DNA of 64,000 bases. Source: Clostridia bacterium. Lineage in GTDB: Bacteria > Bacillota > Clostridia > RUG12999. Position numbers and translations under genes: made by a program. Below are positions 18,910 to 30,282 of the stretch, one piece after another. The stretch is taken from contig JAFTSG010000011.1 in assembly GCA_017467445.1 (NCBI GenBank), positions 24,017 to 88,016 on the forward strand, given 5' to 3'. The notes under the pieces are model-generated. The model ran no database searches and was not told where the DNA came from. It saw only the letters and a program-made list of their open reading frames with translations. Positions within the stretch are counted from its first letter, which is position 1, and each line of letters begins with the position of its first letter.

Positions 18910-19431
18910 TTAATTTACACAAATTTTATCTTTTATTCTTTCAAACAATGTTTCGCCAATTCCGGAAACATTCATTATTTCTTCTTTTACCAAAAACCCT
19001 CCACGAATACTTCTGTATTCAATAATCTGCCGTGCAGTAATTTCCCCTATACCATCAAGCTCACACAGTTTTTCTATATCCGCTGTGTTTATATTTACTT
19101 TAAGGCTTTCATTATCGCTGTCAGCCTCGGAAGTAATTATAGGAATTATTATCTCTTCTCCGTCTTCAAGAAATCGGGCAAGATTTACTGCATTTATGTT
19201 TGCGCTGTCAAGTGCACCTCCCGCAATAACAATTGCATCATTGACGCGGGACGCTGCATCAAGCTCGTACATACCGGGGCTACGAACAGCCCCTTTTATA
19301 TGAACACAAATTTTCGGAAGATTAATGGTTTTGGTTTCTTTTATTACTGGAGTTCTTATAAAACTTAATGCTACGGCAACTACTGTAACAACCAAAACAG
19401 CTATCAGTAAATTCTTTGCTTTTATATCCAT
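18910..19431 (-). CDS. comEA: ComEA-family DNA-binding protein (SLBB + helix-hairpin-helix)
   Basis: 173 aa with an N-terminal anchor. The C-terminal part reads NINTADIEKLCELDGIGEITARQIIEYR. Confidence 0.8.
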   Translation of the reverse strand: MDIKAKNLLIAVLVVTVVAVALSFIRTPVIKETKTINLPKICVHIKGAVRSPGMYELDAASRVNDAIVIAGGALDSANINAVNLARFLEDGEEIIIPIITSEADSDNESLKVNINTADIEKLCELDGIGEITARQIIEYRSIRGGFLVKEEIMNVSGIGETLFERIKDKICVN

Positions 19432-19432
19432 T

Positions 19433-21847
19433 TTATCCTTTTATAACAAGGTTAACCAGTTTACCCGGAACGCAGATTATTTTCACAATTTCTTTGCCCT
19501 CTGCAATTTCTTCGAGTTTGCCGGATGCTTTAACGAATTCTTCCATTGCTACCCTGTCAAGACCCGCAGGAATCGTCATTTTATCTTTAACTCTGCCGCC
19601 AATCTGAAGAACAATTTCAATTTCGTCGGAAGCAGTTTTTGACTCGTCATATTCAGGCCACGGTCTGTATGCAATTTCGCCGCCGAAATCGTGCATTGCC
19701 CAAAGCTCTTCAGTAATATGAGGAGCTGTAGGATTAAGAAGTTGGAGGAATGTTTTGAACTCACCTTTTGTGATTCTTCCAATGCGGTTAAAATCATTAA
19801 CAAGTGCCATAAGTGTTGCAATGGCTGTATTGAATTTCATACGTTCAATGTCTTCGCCGACTTTTTTGATTGCTTTATGCATTGCACTTTCAAGCTCTTT
19901 TGAATATCCTTCTTCGTCTACAAGGAGGTGCTGAAGTGCCCATACACGTTCGAGGAATCTGTAGCATCCTTTTACTCCCTGTGTTGACCACGGTGTCGCC
20001 TGGTCAAACGCACCGATAAACATTTCGTATGTTCTGAAAGTATCTGCACCAAATTCGTTCACTATATCATCGGGGTTTACAACGTTGCCTCTTGATTTAG
20101 ACATTTTTTCGCCGTTTTCACCCAGAATCATACCGTGTGATGTACGTTTTTTATACGGTTCAGCTGTAGGAACAACGCCAATATCAAACAGGAATTTGTG
20201 CCAGAAACGTGAATACAGAAGATGGAGTGTAGTATGTTCCATACCGCCGTTGTACCAGTCAACCGGAGCCCAGTATTCTACGTTTTCTTTTGATACAAAC
20301 TCTTTGTCGTTATGCGGGTCCATATATCTGAGGAAATACCATGATGAGCCTGCCCACTGCGGCATTGTATCGGTTTCACGTTTTGCGTCGGCACCGCATT
20401 TCGGACAGGTTGTGTTAACCCATTCGTCTATTTTAGCAAGCGGAGATTCGCCGTTATCTGTAGGCTCGTAATTTTCAACTTCAGGAAGTGTAAGCGGAAG
20501 TTCACTTTCATTTACCGGCACCCAACCGCAATGTTCGCACCATACAAGCGGAATAGGTTCGCCCCAGTATCTCTGTCTTGAGAATACCCAGTCACGAAGC
20601 TTGTAGTTGACTTTTCTTTTGCCGATACCTTCTTTTTCAAGGAAGTCTATCATTGAGGAAATTGCTTCATCAACACTTTTTCCTGTAATAAATCCGGAAT
20701 TCACCATTGTACCTGTATAGGTATCTGTGTAAGCCTCTTTCTGAACGTCTTCCCCGCCTGCAACAACTTCAATAATCGGAAGACCGAATTTGCTCGCAAA
20801 CTCGTGGTCACGTGTGTCGTGTGCGGGAACCGCCATAATTGCACCTGTTCCGTATGTAGTGAGTACATAATCGGAAATGAATACCGGAATTTTTGTATTA
20901 TTAACAGGGTTTACTGCCATAATTCCGGCAAGCTTTACACCCGTTTTTTCTTTTGCAAGCTCTGTACGTTCAAACTCTGTCTTTTTAGCAGCTTCAGCCA
21001 TATATGCTTTTACTTCGTCATAGTTTTCGATTTTATCTTTAATCTTGCCGATTAAATCATGTTCAGGAGAAAGAACAACATATGTTGCACCGAAAAGCGT
21101 ATCGCATCTTGTTGTGTATACTGTGATTATATTGTCATCGCCGTCGATTTTGAAATCAACCTCAGCACCTTCGGATCTGCCAATCCAGTTTTTCTGCTGT
21201 GCTTTAACTTTATCGATATAATCTGTCTGGTCAAGGTCGTCAATAAGCTTCTGTGCATACTCAGTGATTTTCAGCATCCACTGGCTTTTATTTTTCTGAA
21301 TAACTTCTCCGCCGCAACGTTCACAAACGCCGCCGACAACCTCTTCGTTTGCAAGACCTACTTTGCAGCTTGTACACCAGTTGATAGGCATTTCCTGTTT
21401 ATATGCAAGTCCTTTTTCAAACAGTTTAAGGAAAATCCACTGCGTCCATTTATAGTAGTTCGGGTCGGTTGTGTTTATTTCTCTTGTCCAGTCAAATGAA
21501 AAGCCGAGACTTTTGAGCTGACGTTTGAAGTTTGCAATGTTGTTTTCTGTTACAACCTTCGGATGAATTTTGTTCTTTATTGCAAAGTTTTCTGTAGGCA
21601 GACCGAATGCGTCCCATCCCATAGGATAAAGAACGTTATATCCGTCCATTCTTTTTTTACGTGCAACTATATCAAGTGCTGTATAGCTTCTGGGGTGACC
21701 TACGTGAAGTCCCTGTCCTGACGGATACGGAAACTCAACAAGAAGATAATACTTGGGTTTTGACTTATCGTCAGACGCCGCGAACGTATTTTTCTCGTCC
21801 CATTTCTTTTGCCATTTTTGTTCAATGTCGGTATAATTATAGCTCAT
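19433..21847 (-). CDS. leuS: leucyl-tRNA synthetase
   Basis: 804 aa with the HIGH-type motif HVGHPRSY and KMSKS. Confidence 0.95.
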   Translation of the reverse strand: MSYNYTDIEQKWQKKWDEKNTFAASDDKSKPKYYLLVEFPYPSGQGLHVGHPRSYTALDIVARKKRMDGYNVLYPMGWDAFGLPTENFAIKNKIHPKVVTENNIANFKRQLKSLGFSFDWTREINTTDPNYYKWTQWIFLKLFEKGLAYKQEMPINWCTSCKVGLANEEVVGGVCERCGGEVIQKNKSQWMLKITEYAQKLIDDLDQTDYIDKVKAQQKNWIGRSEGAEVDFKIDGDDNIITVYTTRCDTLFGATYVVLSPEHDLIGKIKDKIENYDEVKAYMAEAAKKTEFERTELAKEKTGVKLAGIMAVNPVNNTKIPVFISDYVLTTYGTGAIMAVPAHDTRDHEFASKFGLPIIEVVAGGEDVQKEAYTDTYTGTMVNSGFITGKSVDEAISSMIDFLEKEGIGKRKVNYKLRDWVFSRQRYWGEPIPLVWCEHCGWVPVNESELPLTLPEVENYEPTDNGESPLAKIDEWVNTTCPKCGADAKRETDTMPQWAGSSWYFLRYMDPHNDKEFVSKENVEYWAPVDWYNGGMEHTTLHLLYSRFWHKFLFDIGVVPTAEPYKKRTSHGMILGENGEKMSKSRGNVVNPDDIVNEFGADTFRTYEMFIGAFDQATPWSTQGVKGCYRFLERVWALQHLLVDEEGYSKELESAMHKAIKKVGEDIERMKFNTAIATLMALVNDFNRIGRITKGEFKTFLQLLNPTAPHITEELWAMHDFGGEIAYRPWPEYDESKTASDEIEIVLQIGGRVKDKMTIPAGLDRVAMEEFVKASGKLEEIAEGKEIVKIICVPGKLVNLVIKG

Positions 21848-21869
21848 TTTTTATTCCTCCAGCTTTATT

Positions 21870-22217
21870 TTAGAATTGTATATCGAGTTTCGGTGCATCC
21901 GCCCAGAGTCTTTCAAGATTGTAGAACGAAGCCGATTCGTGATCAAATATATGAACAACAACGTCGCCGTAATCCATAAGCAGCCACGCCGCGCTATTGT
22001 ATCCTTCATTGTGCACGGGCAAAATCCCCTGCTGTTTCATTTGCTCTTCAACATTATCGCAAAGGGCTTTTATGTGAAGGCTTGACCCACCTGTGCAGAT
22101 TATGAAATAATCGCACATTGGAGTTAAATCCTTTATTTCAAGAACCTCGATGTCCTCGCCCTTTTTACTGTCAAGTATTTTCGCAATTTCTATTGCTTTT
22201 TCTTTTGATGTCAGCAT
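21870..22217 (-). CDS. rsfS: ribosome silencing factor RsfS
   Basis: A 115-aa iojap-like sequence (DYFIICTG...HIKAL..). It keeps the conserved position after nadD-yqeK. Confidence 0.85.
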   Translation of the reverse strand: MLTSKEKAIEIAKILDSKKGEDIEVLEIKDLTPMCDYFIICTGGSSLHIKALCDNVEEQMKQQGILPVHNEGYNSAAWLLMDYGDVVVHIFDHESASFYNLERLWADAPKLDIQF

Positions 22218-22232
22218 TTATATACCTCACTT

Positions 22233-23618
22233 TTATCTTGGAAGTGGTGTGTGTTTTGGTGCCTGGGTAGGTTTCGGCGTTGCCGTAGGTTTAGATGTCG
22301 GTTTTGCTGTTGGTTTAGCCGTCGGCTTTGGGGTTGCCGTAGGCTTTGTTGTTTTTGTAGGCTTTTTGGTCGGCGCCGGTGTGTTTTCCGGTTCTTCCTC
22401 TATTACGGGGTCCGGAACATATGCCGGAACATTATCAGCTGCAAGATACAGGTTTTCGGCTGCGCCGAAATACTGTTTTGCCACGTTTACTGCTTCTTGT
22501 TTATCTACAAAGAAATAATATCCTGCGGAAATAAGCCTTGACCCGCCCGGTGCATCCATAAACGATACATTTCCTTCCGGAAGTTCAAGAACCGCCGAGG
22601 CGTATCCGAGAATCTGAGAGAATGTTAAATCTGTTTTTATATATTCACTTGCAATTTCAAGCATTTCCGGAGCTTTTGCAATTCCTTCCGGAGTTGCAAC
22701 CTTTTTAAACATTGCAGTTAAAAACGCTTTCTGGGATTTTTCTCTTGGGTAATCCACGCCGTCGTTGCTTTTGCGGTATCTTACAAAGCCCTCCGCCTGT
22801 TTTCCGTTAAGCACCTGTGTTCCCGCTTTTATGTGAATGTGCAGGTTCTGTTCGGGGTCATCATAATCCATATATATCGGAACATAAACCTCAACCCCGC
22901 CAAGAAGGTCAACAATTTGTCTGAATCCTTCAAGGTCAACAGTTACATATTTATGAATGTCTATTCCGTATGCAAGTTTTATTTCTTTTTTAAGCTGGTC
23001 AATACCGGCAAAATATGCTGAGTTTATTTTCTTGTCGTTTCTGCCGTTACCGCCAACATATGTGTCACGCGGGATTTGCATTACAGTTACTGTTTTTGCC
23101 TCATCGTCATAATGCGCAATCATAATTGTATCGGTTCTGTATCCGTCCTTATCCACACCGAGCAGCAGTACGTTTGCATCATCAGGCGGCAGGTTTACAC
23201 CAATAATAGGTGATACAATTTTTGCCATTCCGCTTACAAATCCGTTTTGGTAGAAAACCGGAATTACATATGTGGTAATAAGCGAAATGCACATAACTAT
23301 CATTGCCACGCAGCTTATAAGCACCGGCACCCACATTCTGGGACCTGTTTTTTCGTCGTCAGGAAAATCCTCTTCAAAAACAGGTTCCGCTTTGGGTTTT
23401 TTCTGTTTGACAGGTTCCGGTCTTTTAACTGACCATTCGGGAATTTCAAAGTCGTTTGGTTCCCGCTTAGGCAGTTCTTCTTTTTCCTCTTTCGGAAAAG
23501 AAGTTTCCTTAAACTCCGATTTAGACATCGGCACCAGTGTTTTATCAAGCGTTATATCGTCATCGGCGGGTTTTACCGCCGGAGTTTCCATTGTTTTATC
23601 AAACTCGTTTGAATCCAT
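22233..23618 (-). CDS. LytR-CpsA-Psr (LCP) family protein with Pro/Thr/Lys-rich C-terminal tail
   Basis: 461 aa with a cytoplasmic N-terminus and one transmembrane helix. The LCP core reads LLLGVDKDGYRTDTIMIAHYD...IPRDTYV. The tail reads PTKKPTKTTKPTATPKPTAKPTAKPTSKPTATPKPT. Confidence 0.8.
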   Translation of the reverse strand: MDSNEFDKTMETPAVKPADDDITLDKTLVPMSKSEFKETSFPKEEKEELPKREPNDFEIPEWSVKRPEPVKQKKPKAEPVFEEDFPDDEKTGPRMWVPVLISCVAMIVMCISLITTYVIPVFYQNGFVSGMAKIVSPIIGVNLPPDDANVLLLGVDKDGYRTDTIMIAHYDDEAKTVTVMQIPRDTYVGGNGRNDKKINSAYFAGIDQLKKEIKLAYGIDIHKYVTVDLEGFRQIVDLLGGVEVYVPIYMDYDDPEQNLHIHIKAGTQVLNGKQAEGFVRYRKSNDGVDYPREKSQKAFLTAMFKKVATPEGIAKAPEMLEIASEYIKTDLTFSQILGYASAVLELPEGNVSFMDAPGGSRLISAGYYFFVDKQEAVNVAKQYFGAAENLYLAADNVPAYVPDPVIEEEPENTPAPTKKPTKTTKPTATPKPTAKPTAKPTSKPTATPKPTQAPKHTPLPR

Positions 23619-23619
23619 C

Positions 23620-24189
23620 TTATTTTCTCCTGTTTAACAAGATACGGTTACGAAGCTTTATCGATTCCGTATGCATAACCATATTTCGTTCAATAACGTG
23701 TGCTATTGTGTTATTAAGTGCTACAAGAGTTGCCCCGTCAATATCGTGGCAGGAAATCACCCTTGCATTTTTTGCCCAGTCAAACTCGGCATCTCTGTTT
23801 GGTTCTATTACATCTGCAAGGTAAATTATCTGGGTAAAAAGGCTCATATTCTCTTTACCGATTGTATGGTAAAAAATTGCATCATAAATTTCATCGTCTA
23901 TGCCGAAATGCTCTTTTGCATATTCAGCACCGGCAGGTCCGTGCCAGAGTCCCCTTGAGGACATTACAGTTGCATCAGCACCGCCGAATCTTGACATAAG
24001 CTCAAGGCACTCTTCGTCAGGAAGTGATTTTGCACAGTCGTGAATAAGTCCCGCAAAACGCATTTTTGTTGCATCCAGTCCGTAAATTTCGGCAAGCTCA
24101 CCCGCAAATTCCATTACGCCGAGAGAGTGAACGTATCTTTCGGGAGTAACTAGTTTTTGCATTTTAATTTTTGCCTGCTCAAAATCCAT
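23620..24189 (-). CDS. yqeK: HD-domain protein YqeK (bis(5'-nucleosyl)-tetraphosphatase)
   Basis: 189 aa with HSLGV...HD motifs, adjacent to nadD. Confidence 0.8.
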   Translation of the reverse strand: MDFEQAKIKMQKLVTPERYVHSLGVMEFAGELAEIYGLDATKMRFAGLIHDCAKSLPDEECLELMSRFGGADATVMSSRGLWHGPAGAEYAKEHFGIDDEIYDAIFYHTIGKENMSLFTQIIYLADVIEPNRDAEFDWAKNARVISCHDIDGATLVALNNTIAHVIERNMVMHTESIKLRNRILLNRRK

Positions 24190-24193
24190 TTTA

Positions 24194-24769
24194 TCACCTG
24201 TACAAATTATTTTCGGTAATGTAGTTTAAAATTTCAGGCTCTATGCCTTTAGCATCTCCATCACCGTTTATGATATTCCTGATTTGGGTGGATGAAACAT
24301 CAATATTTTCATTTTCAAGAAGGTAAATTTTTGTATTGTATTCTTTTTCTGCTTCTCTTGCCGCTTCCGTCGTCCCGTCATCACGGGATGCCACAACAAG
24401 ACTGCAAAGCTCAAGAATCCTTTTCGGATTTTTCCATTTGCTGAAATTTTTCATACTGTCGCCGCCGATGATAAAATAAATATCGTCTTCGGGATAGATG
24501 GTTTTGAAATATTCCAGCGTTTCAAAGCTGTAGCAATAGGTTTTTTTGTTTATTTCATAATCGGAAATTTCAAATCCATACTTATCGGCGAGCATTTTAC
24601 ACATATTATACCTGTGATGAAGTGCGCCTGCCGTTTCTTTATGCGGAGGCTGTCCCGTAGGAATCATAATGATTCTGTCAAGGCAGAATTTTTCTTTTGC
24701 CATAAGTGCAATCTGTATATGCGCCGTATGCGGAGGGTCAAAACTGCCGCCAAAAATACCTGTTTTCAT
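24194..24769 (-). CDS. nadD: nicotinate-nucleotide adenylyltransferase
   Basis: 191 aa with the motif GGSFDPPHTAH. Confidence 0.9.
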   Translation of the reverse strand: MKTGIFGGSFDPPHTAHIQIALMAKEKFCLDRIIMIPTGQPPHKETAGALHHRYNMCKMLADKYGFEISDYEINKKTYCYSFETLEYFKTIYPEDDIYFIIGGDSMKNFSKWKNPKRILELCSLVVASRDDGTTEAAREAEKEYNTKIYLLENENIDVSSTQIRNIINGDGDAKGIEPEILNYITENNLYR

Positions 24770-24780
24770 AAAATCACCGA

Positions 24781-25074
24781 TTATATAACAATTTTACGTT
24801 TTTTCTTTTCCTTTGCAGGTCTGTAAATTACAAATTTAAACCCGATACACTGCACCGGCTCTGCACCAAGCTCTTCGGCACAAATACCGCAAGCTTCCCT
24901 GGTTGTCATAAGCGCGGTTTCAAGCACGGTTACTTTAACAAGCTCCCGCGCTTCAAGTGCATCATCAAGCTGTTTTATAAGATTTTCATTAATAGAGTTT
25001 TTACCAATCTGCGCCACCGGTTCAATGGTATTTGCCATTGAACGAAGCTTTGCTCGCTGTTTACTTGTAAGCAA
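24781..25074 (-). CDS. yhbY: ribosome-assembly RNA-binding protein YhbY (CRM domain)
   Basis: 97 aa reading LTSKQRAKLRSMANTIEPVAQIGKN...ELVKV. Confidence 0.85.
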   Translation of the reverse strand: MLTSKQRAKLRSMANTIEPVAQIGKNSINENLIKQLDDALEARELVKVTVLETALMTTREACGICAEELGAEPVQCIGFKFVIYRPAKEKKKRKIVI

Positions 25075-25086
25075 AAGGACATCCTC

Positions 25087-26364
<1,278 letters not shown>

Positions 26365-26533
26365 TCAAAATCGGACAGAAATCCCATTTTAATATGTTAT
26401 ATACATATAATTTTATCACTTTTTGCAAAATATTAATATAGATATTTTGCACATATTTTTACCGTGGTTTTGTGCATAATTTATATATTTTTAAAACTAT
26501 CGTTTTTTGCATTATTATCACACGTTCTAATGT

Positions 26534-26562
26534 TTGACATTCGGGCGCGTAAGTGGTAAAAT
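26534..26562 (+). promoter_or_regulatory. sigma-A-type promoter of hflX
   Basis: TTGACA, a 17-nt spacer, then TAAAAT. Confidence 0.55.
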
Positions 26563-26591
26563 AAACTAAATATACTTTAAGGAGATTCGCC

Positions 26592-27830
26592 TTGGACGAA
26601 ATAAAAGAAATTGCAGTTTTGGCAGGTATTGTTTCAGATAGAAGAGACGTCACATATAGCGACGATTCTACAATTGAAGAGCTTGCCGAGCTTGCCAAAT
26701 CAGCAGGCGCCGAGGTTGCGGCAAAAGTGCTTCAGCCTAAAGACGCACCTGATGTAGCAACATATCTCGGCAAAGGTAAAATTGAAGAATTAACCGAGCT
26801 TTGCAAAAACCTAGAAGCAAACCTGATTATATTTGATGACGAGCTTTCCGCATCGCAAAGAAATAATATTGAGGATTTGACAGGCGTAAGGGTTACCGAC
26901 CGCACCACGCTTATTCTTGATATTTTTGCCGCACGCGCACAGTCGGCAGAAGGCAAACTTCAGGTTGAACTTGCCCAGCTTAAATATATTCTTCCCCGCC
27001 TTATGGGGATTGGTAAAAGTCTGTCCCGACTTGGTGCCGGAATCGGCACAAGAGGTCCGGGGGAAACCAAGCTTGAAACCGACAGACGTCATATAAGAAG
27101 CCATATTTCAAAAATTCAAGGCCAGCTGAAAGAGGTTGAAAAAAGGCGCAGCTATATGCGCGAGCGCCGCAAAAAAGACGGATTTCAGACAGTGGCACTT
27201 GTGGGATATACCAACGCGGGAAAATCCACTCTTCTCAACTATTTAACCAACGCAGGCGTGCTTGCAGAGGATAAGCTTTTTGCAACACTTGACCCGACGG
27301 CACGCGCACTTACCCTACCCGACGGACGTGAGGTTATCCTTATTGATACGGTTGGATTTATCCGCAAACTTCCCCATCATCTTGTAAATGCGTTTAAATC
27401 AACACTTGAAGAAACGCGGTATGCATCACTTATCCTCAACGTGGTGGATTATTCAAACGAAGAATATCTTGAACATCTTAAAGTAAGCGAAAACCTGCTT
27501 ACCGAGCTTGGATGCAGCGATATTCCCGTTTTAAACGTATTTAATAAATGCGACCGCGTGGATGCAGATACTAAAACCTGCGGTAACAACGTGTATATTT
27601 CCGCCAAAAACGGCACAAATATGGACGAGCTGTTGCGTATGATTTGTACGCATCTGCCCGTAACGAAACGCCGTATGAACCTGCTTATTCCATATACGCA
27701 GGCGGGACTTAGTGCACAGCTTCGCGAGGACGGCATTATCATAAACGAAGAATATGCCGAAAACGGCGTTAAAATTACTGCAGATGTAGAGCAAAAAGCG
27801 GTGTATAAATATGAACAATATGAAATCTGA
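26592..27830 (+). CDS. hflX: GTPase HflX
   Basis: 412 aa with a TTG start 7 nt after AAGGAG. G1 is GYTNAGKST, and the N-terminal domain is HflX-type. Confidence 0.9.
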   Translation: MDEIKEIAVLAGIVSDRRDVTYSDDSTIEELAELAKSAGAEVAAKVLQPKDAPDVATYLGKGKIEELTELCKNLEANLIIFDDELSASQRNNIEDLTGVRVTDRTTLILDIFAARAQSAEGKLQVELAQLKYILPRLMGIGKSLSRLGAGIGTRGPGETKLETDRRHIRSHISKIQGQLKEVEKRRSYMRERRKKDGFQTVALVGYTNAGKSTLLNYLTNAGVLAEDKLFATLDPTARALTLPDGREVILIDTVGFIRKLPHHLVNAFKSTLEETRYASLILNVVDYSNEEYLEHLKVSENLLTELGCSDIPVLNVFNKCDRVDADTKTCGNNVYISAKNGTNMDELLRMICTHLPVTKRRMNLLIPYTQAGLSAQLREDGIIINEEYAENGVKITADVEQKAVYKYEQYEI

Positions 27831-28455
27831 ATATAAAACAGTGGAAAAAGAGGTCCGCACAAAATTTACGGAGAAAAAATCCGTTTTTATTGCAACTGTA
27901 CGACCTGTCACCACCGAAGCGGAAGCACTTGAGTTTGTTGCCGAAATAAAAAAGGAGTTTTCCGATGCAACACATAACGTATATGCATATGTACTGCAGG
28001 AAAACAACCTGCAACGCTTTACGGACGATGGCGAGCCGTCGGGTACGGCAGGAATGCCCGTGCTGGACGCTATCCGCAAACGTGGGCTTACCGATGTTGC
28101 GGTTGTTGTTACAAGATATTTTGGCGGTACGCTTCTCGGCACGGGCGGGCTTGTGCACGCATATGGCAAATCGGCATCCGAGGGGATTACCCTTGCCGTG
28201 CCCGTAACACGAAAGCTTTGCAATATTTACGAAATTACAGCCGATTATACTCTTTCGGGTAAAATCCGCCATTTTCTTGAAACGGAAAATATAATTATTG
28301 ATAAAACCGATTATTTTGAAAATGTTATTTTTACCGTATGTATCCCGCAGGGCGGCGATGATAAATTCATAAAGTCACTGACGGAAATAACCTGCGGCGA
28401 CGGAAATTTTGTTAAAACCGATTGCCGATATATCGACGTTAAGGAGGAAGAATAA
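27811..28455 (+). CDS. yigZ: YigZ/IMPACT-family protein
   Basis: 214 aa with the motif DDGEPSGTAGMP and RYFGGTLLGTGGL. Confidence 0.85.
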   Translation: MNNMKSEYKTVEKEVRTKFTEKKSVFIATVRPVTTEAEALEFVAEIKKEFSDATHNVYAYVLQENNLQRFTDDGEPSGTAGMPVLDAIRKRGLTDVAVVVTRYFGGTLLGTGGLVHAYGKSASEGITLAVPVTRKLCNIYEITADYTLSGKIRHFLETENIIIDKTDYFENVIFTVCIPQGGDDKFIKSLTEITCGDGNFVKTDCRYIDVKEEE

Positions 28456-28973
28456 TGGAAGAAAAAGATATGAATTTAACTGAAGAAGAAAAAAATCCAA
28501 AACTTTTGAAAACCGCAATAATTGCGGCCTCGGTGCTTGCGGCATTTGCAATATTTTATTTTGTAATGCAGTATTTTGCAAATAACAGCCCAGCAGAAAT
28601 ACCGCCCGCACCCACACCTGCATCTACCGCACCGGCACAGTCGCAGGAACCGACTCCCACACCTGAAACCTCACCGAAATCAACTTTTGTTCCGGCAGTA
28701 CCCGAACAAAAAATTTCGTTTCAAGAAGCAATGGATATTTGTCAGAGAGCAGCAACAAAACATCTTGGTGCCGGCACAATGATACTTCCCGATTTCGAAG
28801 GACACCTTATTGAAGTTACATATGACGGAAAGGTGCGTCCCTGCTATGTTTTTATCGGTGGCGATGCAATGAGCATGCTGTCTTCCTCAAACAAGGACCC
28901 GCAGGCAAGATATGTTGTTGATACCACAAACGGCGATGTTTTTGATTCAATAAGCCTGAAATATATCAGATAA
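28455..28973 (+). CDS. hypothetical membrane-anchored protein (Pro/Thr-rich linker, PepSY-like C-terminus?)
   Basis: 172 aa with one transmembrane helix (AIIAASVLAAFAIFYFV), a PAPTPAST linker and a small globular C-terminal domain. Confidence 0.5.
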   Translation: MEEKDMNLTEEEKNPKLLKTAIIAASVLAAFAIFYFVMQYFANNSPAEIPPAPTPASTAPAQSQEPTPTPETSPKSTFVPAVPEQKISFQEAMDICQRAATKHLGAGTMILPDFEGHLIEVTYDGKVRPCYVFIGGDAMSMLSSSNKDPQARYVVDTTNGDVFDSISLKYIR

Positions 28974-28985
28974 CGAGGTGGCACA

Positions 28986-29435
28986 ATGAACAAGGTAAGT
29001 ATGTCGGAAATTGTGCCTCTTATAAAAGAGGTTATATCGGGCGGCGGCAAGTTTTCGTTTAAAGTTACGGGTGGCAGTATGTTTCCGCTTCTTATAGAAG
29101 GGCGCGACAGCGTAATTCTTGAAAAAGTTCACACACTTAAAACTGGCGATATAATTTTGTATCAGCGTGATGACGAAAATTATGTGCTCCACAGAATAGT
29201 GAAAATTAAGAACGGCGAGCTTTATCTTTGCGGCGATGCCCAGTTTGTGATTGAATATCCTATAAGATATAACCAGGTAATTGCCGTTGTAACCTCTATT
29301 GTACGTAAAGGCGAAACAATTAAAGTAAGCGACCCTAAATATAAGTTTTATACTAAAGTATGGTGTCATTCGTTCAAGGCAAGACCGTATATTTTGAAAG
29401 CGTATGCAAAACTAAAAAAAACATTCAAAAAATAA
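28986..29435 (+). CDS. S24/S26-family (signal-peptidase/LexA-like) serine peptidase
   Basis: 149 aa with the catalytic-Ser context TGGSMFPLL and a later HRIVK. Confidence 0.6.
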   Translation: MNKVSMSEIVPLIKEVISGGGKFSFKVTGGSMFPLLIEGRDSVILEKVHTLKTGDIILYQRDDENYVLHRIVKIKNGELYLCGDAQFVIEYPIRYNQVIAVVTSIVRKGETIKVSDPKYKFYTKVWCHSFKARPYILKAYAKLKKTFKK

Positions 29436-29451
29436 TATTTACAGATTAAAA

Positions 29452-29502
29452 AAGCACCCTGCGGGCAATAATAGTTTTAAATTATATTGCCGGAGGGTGC
29501 TT
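29452..29502 (+). promoter_or_regulatory. hairpin sequestering the sigG RBS (also terminator-shaped)
   Basis: AAGCACCCT (29452-29460) pairs with AGGGTGCTT (29494-29502). GGCAATA (29464-29470) pairs with TATTGCC (29485-29491). The 3' arm contains the RBS GGAGGG, then TTTT and the ATG at 29505. Confidence 0.55.
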
Positions 29503-29504
29503 TT

Positions 29505-30275
29505 ATGATAAATAAGGTGGAAATTTGCGGTGTAAATACCTCCAAGCTACCAATCCTTACAAGGCAGGAAAAGGCGGAGCTTTTTGAAAAGATAAAACAG
29601 GGTGATGAGCTTGCCCGAGAAAAATTTGTAGAGGGCAATTTAAGACTTGTCCTCAGCGTTATGAAACGGTTTGCCGGCAGGGGCGAAAATGCCGATGATT
29701 TGTTTCAGGTAGGGTGTGTGGGGCTTATTAAAGCCATTGATAATTTTGATATTACGCAAAATGTTCAGTTTTCCACCTATGCCGTGCCAATGATTATTGG
29801 CGAAATACGAAGATACTTGCGAGATAATAATCCTATAAGGGTAAGCAGGTCAATAAGGGATACGGCATACAAGGTGCTGCAGGCAAAAGAAGCGCTTACA
29901 ACCGAACACGGGCGCGAGCCTACCATTGAAGAAATCTCAAAAAAAATGGGGATTCCCGGCACAGAAATTGTGTTTGCACTTGATGCCATTGCCGACCCGA
30001 TTTCGTTGTACGAACCGGTATATCACGAGGGCGGCGACGGCGGATATGTTATGGACCAGGTTAAAGATACAAAAAATACAGACGAAGCATGGATTGAAGA
30101 AATTGCCCTGCGCCACGCAATGGACAAGCTGTCCGCACGCGAAAAGCATATTCTGACCCTGCGATTTTTTAACGGACGCACGCAAACCGAGGTTGCAAAC
30201 GAAATAGGAATTTCTCAGGCTCAGGTATCACGTCTTGAAAAAGCGGCACTTGGGCATATAAAAAAGTATATATGA
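29505..30275 (+). CDS. sigG: sporulation sigma factor SigG
   Basis: It is colinear by eye with B. subtilis SigG: NKVEICGV.TSKLP, GNLRLVLSV, DDLFQVGC.GL.K..DNFD, FSTYAVPMIIGEIRRYLRDNNPIRVSRS, GISQAQVSRLEKAA. The ATG at 29505 has a GGAGGG RBS. Confidence 0.85.
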   Translation: MINKVEICGVNTSKLPILTRQEKAELFEKIKQGDELAREKFVEGNLRLVLSVMKRFAGRGENADDLFQVGCVGLIKAIDNFDITQNVQFSTYAVPMIIGEIRRYLRDNNPIRVSRSIRDTAYKVLQAKEALTTEHGREPTIEEISKKMGIPGTEIVFALDAIADPISLYEPVYHEGGDGGYVMDQVKDTKNTDEAWIEEIALRHAMDKLSAREKHILTLRFFNGRTQTEVANEIGISQAQVSRLEKAALGHIKKYI

Positions 30276-30282
30276 TTAAAAA

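Noticed and set aside
21848-21869. A T-box leader was expected upstream of leuS, and likewise upstream of cysE-cysS at 40236-40249.
   Set aside because: The intergenic gaps are only 22 nt and 14 nt. Both genes are embedded in longer operons, so there is no room for a T-box.
22150-22518. A 122-aa Gly/Val/Phe-rich plus-strand ORF.
   Set aside because: It is the reverse-frame reading of the Pro/Thr/Lys repeat tail of the LCP gene and is an artefact of the tandem repeat.
26421-26515. Four TTTTG(T)GCAnA(T)ATT-like strings in the obg/hflX divergent intergenic region.
   Set aside because: The motif is low in information, sits in a very AT-rich promoter region and has irregular spacing (24, 23 and 37 nt). 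I cannot distinguish it from chance without statistics.
27531-28272. Minus-strand ORFs of 230 aa and 165 aa.
   Set aside because: They are antisense to hflX and yigZ, which have clear family motifs. Neither has an RBS or a recognisable domain.
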